Assembly (NCBI RefSeq): GCF_004010195.1
Contig: NC_057754.1
Location: 2,326,228 to 2,390,227 of the forward strand
Direction of reading: 5' to 3'
Length of the DNA: 64,000 bases
Source: Chiloscyllium plagiosum
Lineage: Eukaryota
Below are positions 52,441-62,339 of this stretch, in pieces. A model generated the notes under the pieces. That model searched no databases. It was not told where the DNA came from and worked only from the letters and a program-made list of their open reading frames with translations. A program made the position numbers and the translations under genes. Numbering within the stretch: position 1 is the first letter of the stretch; each line of letters opens with the position of its first letter.

Positions 52441-52474
52441 CTGATGAAGAGTCATCTGGACTCGAAATGTTAGC
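52441..52474 (+). ncRNA. Hammerhead motif in PLE terminal repeat (~52240-52530)
   Basis: CUGAUGA A GAGUC-AUCUG-GACUC GAAA uGUU AGC. Confidence 0.65.
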
Positions 52475-53689
52475 TTGCTCTCCATAGACGCTGTCTGACC
52501 CGCTGTGATCTCCAGCACTTTTTGTCTTGAATTGTACCATAGCTTGTTAAAGGAAACTGTGAAGAGATAATGGATGCTCTGAGGACCATTTCCAATTCTT
52601 GCTGGACATAGACAATGTACAAGAGGGTTGGAGGACTGCAAGTGTTGTGCCATTATTTAAAAAAGGTGTGAGGAACAGGCAAGATAACTATAGACTGCTC
52701 AGTCTGTCTTCAGTGGGAGACAAATTACTGGAATGAATGTAGGTGAAAGCGAGCTTTGAGAAGATTTGTAGCTCAGGTGAGAGGTTGGAATAACTAACTT
52801 GGAGAAGCGAGGATTAATCAGGGGTAGTCACAGTGGGTTTGTGAAGCAATATTGTGTTGTACAAACCTAATAGATTTTTTTGAGGGTAGTGACGATTGAT
52901 GAGGGTTGCCTACATGGAAAAATGCACATTTATCATTTTGGTGGGAAGAATAGATGTACAGAGAATTTCTTAAATGGTAAGAGGTTTGAAAGTATAGATG
53001 TGCAAAGAGTGACCTTCAGTAAGCCACTGAAGGCTGCTGTGCTGATGCAGCAAGCTTTTAGGAAGGCTAATGGAATGATGTCTGTTATTGCAAGAGGATT
53101 TGAGTACAGGACCAGTGAAGCCTTGCTTCAGTTGTAGAGGAGTTTGGTTGGAACACACCTTGTCTCAGGAAAGATATTACTGGCATAAAGGAAGGGCAAC
53201 AGATGTTCACCAGACTTGTTCCTGTCAGGGCAATGTTGCCCTTTAAAGAGAGATGAGAGAAACTGGGCCGACATCAAAGGCCTGTATGAAAGACTTTTTG
53301 GGAACATCAAACGATAAAGAGGTAATTTCATTGAAAGCTACAAAATGCATAAAAGAATAGACAGAGTGGATGCAGGTAATATATTTCCCCTGGTTGGAGA
53401 GCCTGGAAACAGAGAAACAATTTGAAAAGGGGGATGCCATTTAGTACTGAGGTAGGAAGAAATTTGTTGACTCTGAGGTTGTACACCTTTGGTATTCTCT
53501 ACTCTCGAGGGTTGTGGAAGCTCAGTGTTAAACTATATTTAAAGCAAAGGTTGATGTATTTTGGATTACCAGATTTGTAAAGGGTTATGGGGGTAATGTA
53601 AAAGCCATGATCATGTTAAGTGGCAGAGCAGACTCGACTTTCTGAACAGTCCACTCCAAAATTTAATTGGCTACTGGCCTATGCGTATT

Positions 53690-53850
53690 CTCCAGTCCCT
53701 ATAACCCTCCCTGTCTGTGTAACTGCCTCTAACACCTATAACCTACCTCTGTAACCACCCCACCCTGGATCAGCAATCTTTCCAATGTCTGTAACCTCCT
53801 CCAGCTCCTACACCCCCTCCCTATCTCTGTAACCCCCCTCCAGCACCTAC
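53690..53850. repeat. ~38-bp tandem repeat (ctccctatctctgtaacctcctccagc...), resuming at 54935-55085
   Basis: The same unit occurs on both sides of the gap. Confidence 0.7.
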
Positions 53851-54054
53851 ATTCCAGGCCAGGTCGGGAGACTGCTAGGCCAGGCTGCTGAAAGACTGCG
53901 GTGGCTCTTTTCTGAGCAGAGTCGGGGAAGGAGGTCATAGGGGTCACAGCGGCCATCGAACCGCGAAACAAAAAAATCCCCCTTTCACGGCAAATAAAAG
54001 GGAAGCTGCAAAAACACATGAGGCAGAAATAGGGGGAATCTCAGCAGTGTATGT

Positions 54055-54325
54055 GGAGAGAGGGAGAAAGAGAAAGAGAGGGAGGGAGGGAGAGAGAGAG
54101 AGAGGAGGAAGGTAGAGAGACACAGAGAGAGAGAGGCAGTCAGGCAGGTACAGAGTCACAGAGAGAGACAGGCTGGTAGAGAGACACAGAGAGAGATGCA
54201 GGCAAGTAGAGAGACACAGAGACAGATGCCAGCAGGAGAGAGTCACAGAGAGAGAGGCAAGCAGGTAGAGAGAAACAGAAAGAGAGGCAGACAGGTAGAG
54301 AGAGAAGGAAAAGAGAGGCAGGCAA
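54055..54325. repeat. GA-rich low-complexity repeat
   Basis: (gaga)n and aggcaggtagagaga units running into the gap. Confidence 0.85.
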
Positions 54326-54934
54326 NNNNNNNNNNNNNNNNNNNNNNNNNNNNNNNNNNNNNNNNNNNNNNNNNNNNNNNNNNNNNNNNNNNNNNNNNNN
54401 NNNNNNNNNNNNNNNNNNNNNNNNNNNNNNNNNNNNNNNNNNNNNNNNNNNNNNNNNNNNNNNNNNNNNNNNNNNNNNNNNNNNNNNNNNNNNNNNNNNN
54501 NNNNNNNNNNNNNNNNNNNNNNNNNNNNNNNNNNNNNNNNNNNNNNNNNNNNNNNNNNNNNNNNNNNNNNNNNNNNNNNNNNNNNNNNNNNNNNNNNNNN
54601 NNNNNNNNNNNNNNNNNNNNNNNNNNNNNNNNNNNNNNNNNNNNNNNNNNNNNNNNNNNNNNNNNNNNNNNNNNNNNNNNNNNNNNNNNNNNNNNNNNNN
54701 NNNNNNNNNNNNNNNNNNNNNNNNNNNNNNNNNNNNNNNNNNNNNNNNNNNNNNNNNNNNNNNNNNNNNNNNNNNNNNNNNNNNNNNNNNNNNNNNNNNN
54801 NNNNNNNNNNNNNNNNNNNNNNNNNNNNNNNNNNNNNNNNNNNNNNNNNNNNNNNNNNNNNNNNNNNNNNNNNNNNNNNNNNNNNNNNNNNNNNNNNNNN
54901 NNNNNNNNNNNNNNNNNNNNNNNNNNNNNNNNNN
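54326..54934. other. Assembly gap (609 N)
   Basis: Run of n. Confidence 1.
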
Positions 54935-55211
54935 GCCCCTACACCCCCTCCCTATCTCTGTAACCCCCTCCAGCCCTTACACTGCTCCCTTGCTTTGTAA
55001 TGACCTCCAACCTCTGCACCTCTCCCATCTCTATAATTTTTAAGATCCCCTGCAACCCATTTCTGTAATCTCCAGAGTCCCTACAGCCATCTGATATTTT
55101 TGCACATCCCTGGATTCCAGCCACTTGGGCAGTCCTCTGATTCCCATCACTCCATCAATGGGGGCCATGCTTTCAGCTACATGGGTCCCTAAGTTTTGGA
55201 ATTCTCTGCCT

Positions 55212-55525
55212 AACAGCGCCAGGGACCTGATTCCAGCCTCAGGTAACTGTCTGTGTGGAATTTGCACATTCTCCCCGTGTCTGCGTGGGTTTCCTCTGGG
55301 TGCTCCAGTTTCCTCCCACAGTCCAAAGATGTGCAGGTTAGGGTGGATTGGCCATGCTTAATTGCCCCATGGTGTCCAGAGATGTCTAGGCTAGGTGGGT
55401 TAGCTATGGAAAATGCAGGGTTACAGGGATAAGATCGGGTGATGGGTCTGGGTGGGATGCTCTTCGGAGGGTCAGTGTGGACTTGATGGGCCGAATGGCC
55501 TGCTTCCACACTGTAGGGAGTTCAT
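55212..55525 (+). mobile_element. HE1-type SINE, 5'-truncated
   Basis: acagcgccagggacc...ctgtgtggaatttgcacattctccccg...ggcctgcttccacactgtaggg. Confidence 0.85.
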
Positions 55526-56589
55526 TCTAAATCTGTCTCCTCTGACCTCTGTCAAGACGCTCCTTAAAACTGACCTCTGACGGAGCTTTGGGTCAGAGTT
55601 TGGGTTTGATGTCATTCCTGAGAAGCACTTTGGAATGTTTTACTACATCAAAGGCATTTAAATAAACACAGTGTTCCTGTTGTTGAAAGGAGCCCCCAGT
55701 TCTCGAATCACTTTTCAAATCTGCAGTCTATGGCTGGCTCAATTATTGACCGGTTAAATTGGTTCACTTGTCATGAAGTCGCTGCAGTTAATAATTTTTA
55801 TCCTTCTTTTGGAAGCGGTAAAGAGGAAGGAATTGGGTGAGAGGGGAATTCTATTACCACACACCCCCTTTGCCCACTGTTTCCAGACACTTGTCCCCTT
55901 TATTACTGAGTGGGTTAAAATGAGAAATGAGACGCCTTTCCAACACTGCTGAGTGATCCTTGTTTGTAATGAATTTTATGATTGACGATTGAGTGCATAA
56001 GAATCCTGGGACCTGTCCAGCATTTGCGAGTGGCAGAAAACCAGTTTAAACTGGATTAATGTCATTCACCTCTCTTACACCTGTACAAGAGTTTGCTGAC
56101 TTGATCCATATTGATCAGCTGCTCTTCATTTGTCACTGTGTTTGGGGATATATATTCGCGTGTTCTTTCAGTCAGTATCTCTATCTCTGTCCATGCCATT
56201 GATATAGTTTAATATGCTGAGATGGACGGTGGACAAAATATCTGACTCACTTCTGTTTTTCAGCATGTTTGATACAGAAGGTTGCATTCTCACCTAATAC
56301 ATTACAAGCCTGCATCATGAGAAAGTTCTCAGATTTGATTCCCAGGCTGCTCAAGATAGCCAACTGTGGGGGTGGGGGATTGAGTGGAGGGGGGGGAGTG
56401 GATTTAAGATAAAAGTAGCCCTACGTGGTTAGCTTTGCCGAATTCACTCAGCATTCTGAGCAGAACTTAACTCTGCCTCTGACAAATCCTTCCAGACCAT
56501 GTTGGACCAGGGCTGGAAAAAAGGAGCATCCTGAAGGCTAATGGGACAGGGTTGGTAAAGCTTGCTTCAATTGTGTGGAATCTTTGGTA

Positions 56590-57100
56590 GACTGCACCTC
56601 GAATATTGTGTGCAATTTTGGTCCCCTTACTTTAGGAAGGATGTTATTGCCACAGAGGGAGAGGAAAAAAGTGTTCCCTGGACTATCTATGAAGAGAGAT
56701 TAGAGAAATTGAGCCAGTATTCTCTAGAGCTTTGAAGAATGACGTGATTTCGTTGAGAACCCATGAAATACTTAAAGGGATAGACAGAGGAGATGTGCTG
56801 GAAATCACAGTAGGTCAGGCAGCATCCATGGAGAACGTGCACACTAATGTTTCGAGTCTAGGTGACTCTGATGAAGAGACATCTCGACTCCAAACATTAG
56901 CCTGTTCTCTCTGCACAGATGCTGTCTGACCCGCTGTGATTTCCAGCAATTTTTGTTTAGAATTCTCTCCACTCAGTCATTGGATATGTTTCAAATAGAG
57001 ATTGATAGATTTCTGAATGCCAATGACGAAAAGGATTTTGGAATGGTGTGGGAAAAAGACATTGAAGTGGATGGTCAGCCATGATAGTATGGAATGGCAG
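56590..57100 (+). mobile_element. CR1 3' fragment containing a PLE fold-back (~56795-56958); the CR1 resumes at 59052-59120
   Basis: cacctcgaatattgtgtgcaattttggtcccc; inverted gtgctggaaatcacag.../ctgtgatttccagca with a decayed hammerhead at ~56868-56900. Confidence 0.75.
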
Positions 57101-57166
57101 GAGGCTGGAAGAAGACAGCAAGCCAGGCAGCATCAGGAGATGGAGAAGTTGACGTTTTAAGCTAGA

Positions 57167-57304
57167 CCAAAAGTGAGGACTGCAGATGCTGGAGATCAAG
57201 ATTAGAGTGTTGCTGGAAAAGCACAGCAGGTCAGGCAGCATCCGAGGAGCAGAATAATCGACGTTTAGGGCAGGAGCACTTCATCAGGAATGAGGCCTAC
57301 AACC
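57167..57304 (-). mobile_element. Nested PLE terminal repeat with decayed hammerhead (57260-57287)
   Basis: TSD-like tttaagctaga (57156-57166) / ttcgagctaga (57305-57315). Confidence 0.75.
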
Positions 57305-57344
57305 TTCGAGCTAGAGGTCAGGGTGAGTAGTACAAGCTGCTAAC

Positions 57345-57660
57345 CAAGTTAAGATTCAGGGTGAGTTTGAATGTTGACACCGAGGTTAGAATAAGACCAG
57401 ATGCTGAGATTGGAAATCAGAGACAGTCCGGGTGTTAAGATTGGAGTTTAGAACACATCTGGGTATTAAGACTGGGGTTTAGGATAAAGCTGGGTGTTGA
57501 GACTGGGGTTCATTACCTACCTGGATGTTCAGAGCACTCCTGGATATTGAGACAAGAAATTTAGGATGTATCTCGGTATTGAAGGTGGGTTTTCAGCAAC
57601 TTTCTGCCTATTGAGACTAGGGTTCAGGAAATCTCAAAGTTATAATTAGGATTCAGGTGC
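57345..57660. repeat. Degenerate ~31-bp minisatellite
   Basis: gggtattaagactggggtttaggataaagct-like units. Confidence 0.7.
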
Positions 57661-57904
57661 ACAGATGTAATTGTTTATTGAGTTTCTGAATCAAATTAAA
57701 ATTTGTTCAGGTTATCCTTATACTTTGCTATTGTAGGGATTGAGTTGAGTGATATCATCCAAATAAAAGCAGAAGTTGTTTGAAAGCCCCCAGTGTCTGT
57801 TAGGAAAATTGGGCTGGTAATGTTGAACAGAAGCCCTGTTCTACTGCAACAGTAGTAACCCTGCCAACTCTATGGGCATTTAAATGGTCATTGGATAAAC
57901 ATAT

Positions 57905-58225
57905 GGGCAGCACGGTGGCTCAGTGGTTAGCGCTGCTGCCTCACAGCACCAGGGTCCAAGGTTCGATTCCAGCCTCGGGTGACTGTCTGTGTGGAGTTTG
58001 CACATTCTCCCCGTCTCTGCGTGGGTTCCTCCGGGTGCTCCAGTTTCCTCCCACAGTCCAAAGATGTGCAGGTCAGGTGAATTGGCCATGCTAAATTGCC
58101 CATAGGTTAGGTGCATTAGTCAGAGGGAAATGGGTCTGGCTGGGTTACTCTTTGGAGGGTTGGTGTGGACTTGTTGGGCCAAAGGGCCTGTTTCCACACT
58201 GTAGGGAATCTAATCTAAAAATCTA
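57905..58225 (+). mobile_element. HE1-type SINE, full length
   Basis: A and B boxes and aatct tail; atatgg duplicated at 57901-57906 and 58226-58231. Confidence 0.92.
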
Positions 58226-58495
58226 ATATGGATAATAATGGAGCAGGGTAGGATGAATAGGCTTCGGATTGGTTCCACAGGTCAGCACAACATCAAGGGC
58301 CGAAGGGCCTGTACTGCGCTGTAATAGAGTCATAGAGCTATAGAGATGTCTGTGTTCTCTCAGTGTAACCCTTCTTCAGGACTGAGGAAGGGTTACACCC
58401 GAAAAGAAAGTGAGGTCTGCAGATGCTGGAGATCAAAGTTGAAACTTTATTGCTGGAACAGCACAGCAGGTCAGGCAGCATCCAGGGAACAGGAG

Positions 58496-58531
58496 ATTCG
58501 ACGTTTCGGGCACAGGCCCTTCTTCAGGAAT
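58496..58531 (-). ncRNA. Minimal type I hammerhead ribozyme motif
   Basis: Minus strand: AUUC CUGAAGA A GGGC-CUGU-GCCC GAAAC GUC GAAU. Confidence 0.82.
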
Positions 58532-58845
58532 GAGCAGAGAGTGTTCAGCAGGAGAAAATAAAAGGTAGGGAGGAGGGACTTGGAGGAGGGGCGTTGGAAA
58601 TGTGATAGGTGGAAAGAGGTCAAGATGAGGGTGATAGGTCGGAGTAGGATGGAGGCGGAGAGGTCTCTACTGGACCTCCAAAAGGACCTCTACTGTTCTT
58701 CATCCACAGAAGACCTCTCCGCCTCCATCCTACTCCGACCTATCACCCTCACCTTGACCTCTTTCCACCTATCACATTTCCAACGCCCCTCCTCCAAGTC
58801 CCTCCTCCCTACCTTTTATCTTCTCCTGCTGAACACTCTCTGCTC

Positions 58846-58881
58846 ATTCCTGAAGAAGGGCCTGTGCCCGAAACGTCGAAT
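58846..58881 (+). ncRNA. Minimal type I hammerhead ribozyme motif
   Basis: AUUC CUGAAGA A GGGC-CUGU-GCCC GAAAC GUC GAAU; stem I AUUC/GAAU; predicted cleavage after 58877. Confidence 0.82.
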
Positions 58882-59734
58882 CTCCTGTTCCCTGGATGCT
58901 GCCTGACCTGCTGTGCTGTTCCAGCAATAAAGTTTCAACTTACACCCGAAACATCGACTTCTCCACCTCCTGATGCTGCCTGGCTTGCTGTGTTCTTCCA
59001 GCCTCCTGCTTATTTACCTTAGATTCCAGCATCTGCAGTTTTTTTGTCTCTATGATAGTATGGAATGGCAGAACAGATTTGATGGACTAAATGGCCTGCT
59101 CTTGTTCCTATGTTTATGTTATAATGGATTCAAAGTCTGCTCGCTCAATCATTGGCTAGATTTGAACTGCTTGGTCTATCGTTTGTCATTTGAAACATTG
59201 GTAGTGTCAGACTACAAAATAGAAAGCATCTCTGTGATATAGACGAGATTTTCGTTTTCATTTAAACTGTATTATGGTCTTTTCTAATAACAAATATTGT
59301 CGACAGCCATAATCAAAGATTCTGGGTGTTACTATTGAATTACCATCCAAAACTGTAGTGTTTCCTTTGAGCAATGTACACCCTGTAGCTGTACTCATTC
59401 AGTTGAGGGACAGTGCTAACTGTGGTCAGCATGAGGTCTCTTTGACCTTGTTTGACCTGAAACTTTGAGAAAATCTGGGCCAATCCCTATGCATCACTGT
59501 CTCTCCCACAACTGGTGGCTCTGACCTACTGTTGGGACATACCCATGGATGTTGATGAAGGAGTCTGGGATGAGGGCTAATAAATAGATTAATTCTGGGC
59601 AAGTGTGCAGAACAGTATCAGTCATCCAATGTCAATGAGGAGGAATTTACAAAGTTGATTGAAATTCCCATAATCTTATCTTGGTGTCCTTATCAGGAAA
59701 TTATACACCAGTTAAGCCGAACATCTGGGAGAAT

Positions 59735-60530
59735 AAGGTCAGAAGTCAGACAACACCAGGTTATAGTCCAACAGGTTTAATTGAGATCACAAGCTTTTGG
59801 AGCATTGCCCCTTTGTTAGGTAGAGCGAGAGAGAAGCATACAGGCAGAGAATTTATGGGCAGAGAGATCAAAAAACCATACAAATGGTGTGAGTGGAGGG
59901 TCGAGAGGCTGAGTAATAAGTCTCTGCAGGAGATCATCAGAGTCAGACGGTGTGAGTAAAGTTGAGAGTGTGGTGCTGGAAAAGCACGGCAGGTCAGGCA
60001 GCATCCAAGGAGCAGGAAAATTGACATTTTGGACAAATGCCCTTGGTCAGGAATGAGGCTGGGAACCTTGGGAGTGGAGAGATAAATGAGAGGTGGGTGG
60101 GGCTGGGGAGAAAGTAGCTGAGAGTGCAATAGGTGGATGAAGGTGGGGGTAATGGTGATAGGCCAGAGAGGAGGGTGGAGCAGATAGGTGGGAAGGAAGA
60201 TGGACAGATAGGACAGGTTGTGAGGGCAGTGCTAAGCTAGAAGGTTGGAACTGGGATAAGGTGAAGGGAGGGGAAATGAGGAAACTGGTGAAATCCACAT
60301 TGATGCCATGGGGTTGGAGGATCCCAAGGCAGAAGATGAGGCGTTCTTCCTCATGGGTGATAAGGGAGTGGTGAGGGAGGAGGCCCTCCATTTATCTGTT
60401 CTCATAGCGTCTGCATGGTCTCGGCAATATACCATGCCTTGGGGGGTCCTTGCCTGCAGCATATGAGGTAGACAACATTGGCCAAGTTACTTGCCGTGTA
60501 TGTGATGGGTGTGTTCCCACGGCAGATACT
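59735..60530 (-). mobile_element. PLE (tagtccaacagg family) with GIY-YIG remnant, interrupted by a second PLE
   Basis: Terminal repeat at 59735-59960; minus strand at ~60390-60490 reads ANVVYLICCRQGPPKAWYIAETMQTL. Confidence 0.75.
59960..60390 (-). mobile_element. PLE 3' fragment (GIY-YIG C-terminus plus terminal repeat)
   Basis: EEERLIFCLGILQPHGINVDFTSFLISPP; homologous to 7890-8240. Confidence 0.85.
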
Positions 60531-61709
60531 CATGTATCTTCCTTACTGTCCTGTTTTGGCATCATCGCCTTGAAGAATTGTTACGATCTCTCAGCTTAAG
60601 TAGCTTGTACAGTTTTAGATTACTTATTACTGGTTAGACCCTCGGTATGTGACTCTTAATGGCTCCTGGGCTCAGGGATAGCCAATTTAGAAACAATGGA
60701 ATATCCTGAAGATTCAGCCAGGATGAGACCACCACACAGGCCTGCTAGAATATTGGGCCAGAAACCACTCCTAAGAAGACCAGCATGCTGGGCCAAGACT
60801 GCTAACCCAGGACAAGAGTGCCAGGCTGAGCCAAGACTGCCTTTCTCCTTCAGGCCCCCAGGCCGAGCTGCAGACATGGAGTCTCAGCCTAACCTGCAGG
60901 TCCAGGCAAGGGGAGTCAGCCCGGGACCTTCTCCTCACTCACTAGGAGACCCCGGGCTGGGGTGGAACTGGGTCCAGCTCGACCTGGTGGTGGTGCCACT
61001 GCCACCACGGGAGGCATCCTCCTTCACCCACCACTCTCCAGGCTTAAAAGAAAAAACAAAACAAAACCAGCAAAAGTGAAAAGAAGGCAAGAAAGAAAGA
61101 AAGCTGACGGGAGTGGACAAACCTCGGGCTCAGGCCCCTTGCTCCACCACCTCCTTGAAAGAAGAGTTTAAGAACACAATCCTTTATTAGGGAACAATTT
61201 TCAAATTTTTTTTTATTGGATGATAGCTTGGAATTCCTGGGCTGGCTCCATATCCTGAGCAGCTGGTCCTGGTTTGGCTGTGCATTCTAGCTGCCTGCTT
61301 TGTGGCCGGCTTTACGCTGTCACAAGCTGGTTTGTGGGTTGACTCCGCACCCTGACATGTGTCGCCTTGGCCCCTAGATGTAATTTTCTGAGGAATTATG
61401 CTACTAACAGAATAATTAAGCCAGCTGAATTCATCATGGCCTGTCTGAGCACACAAAGGCTAAAGGTTGATGGCTTGGTCGGCTCCACCACATCACTCGA
61501 GAGTAACACATTGCTCCTGGATTCCATATTCAGCTCATTTCTTCTCAATGAATCCATTGCACGGGGATTAAGTGACTGTTATCCAGGGGAGAGGCAGACA
61601 CTTTTCATCTGCTGGCCACTAAGCCAAATGTTGGAATGGATATCTGGACTCTGACCTCACCAGTCTTCGTGGTGTTTAGACAGAATATTTTACTTTGCAG
61701 TCACCACAT

Positions 61710-62280
61710 ATTTTTGTTTTTATTTATGCATTTTGTGGGATGTGGGTGTCGCTGACTAGCAGCATTTATGGCCCGTTATCCATTGCCCTTGAGAAGGTGG
61801 GTATGAGGTGTCTTCTTGAACCACTGCAGTCCACCTGCTTTGGCTTGACTCACAATGCCCTTAGGGAGGGAATTCCAGGATTTTGACCCAGTGACAATGA
61901 AGGAGTATATCCAGGAGGAGGCAGGAATTTTTGGCTGTCACTCATATACAGTATTTGGAATAATTGCATTAATTGTAGGCGTGGGTCTGGCCATCCCTAG
62001 TTGCCCGTGAGAAGGCGGTGGTGAGCACCCTTCTTGAACCACAGCAGTCTATGTGGTGTAGGTGTGCGCACACAGTGCTGTTAGAGAGGGAATTCCAGGA
62101 TTTTCACCCAGTAACACTGAAGTAAAACAGCGAAAAACTTCCGAGTCAGGAAGTGAGTGGCTCGGAGGGAAACTTGCACGGGTTGGCGTTCCCATGTACC
62201 TGCTGCTCTTGTCTTTCTAGATGGAAGTGGCTTTGGTGAATTTCAGCAGTGAATTTGGTAGATAGAACATACTGCTGCAA
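61710..62280 (-). mobile_element. Two adjacent old CR1/L2-group LINE 3' ends
   Basis: ttgcccttgagaaggtgg...ttcttgaacc...gagggaattccaggatttt occurs twice; homologous to 12378-12750. Confidence 0.65.
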
Positions 62281-62339
62281 ATGCAGCTAATGAGAATAAT
62301 AGCAGAACTGAAAGGTGAGGTCAGGAAGGGTTATGAGGT

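Larger units (their letters stand above)
51430..53660 (+). mobile_element. Old CR1 LINE (EN C-terminus to 3' end, deleted and interrupted)
   Basis: Decayed CR1 motifs: gagggtgcaattcta, ggaaatagtgatcataat, gaggactgcaagtgttgtgccattatttaaaaaagg, FRKANGMMSVIARGFEYR. Confidence 0.7.
58405..58939. mobile_element. Young PLE asymmetric fold-back (231-bp arms)
   Basis: Arms 58436-58666 and 58711-58941 differ at only ~2 positions by eye; TSD ttacacccgaaa at 58393-58404 and 58940-58951. Confidence 0.93.
57101..59051. mobile_element. Composite PLE fold-back with captured DNA and nested insertions
   Basis: Perfect 20-bp TSD atgatagtatggaatggcag at 57081-57100 and 59052-59071; inverted arms at ~57098-57158 and ~58952-59008. 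Confidence 0.85.

Noticed and set aside
54196..54963. 255-aa ORF
   Set aside because: Artefact spanning the N gap.
57345..57660. CRISPR-like periodic repeats (also 37410-37585 and 4441-4795)
   Set aside because: Degenerate tandem units without unique spacers, in a eukaryotic context with no cas genes.
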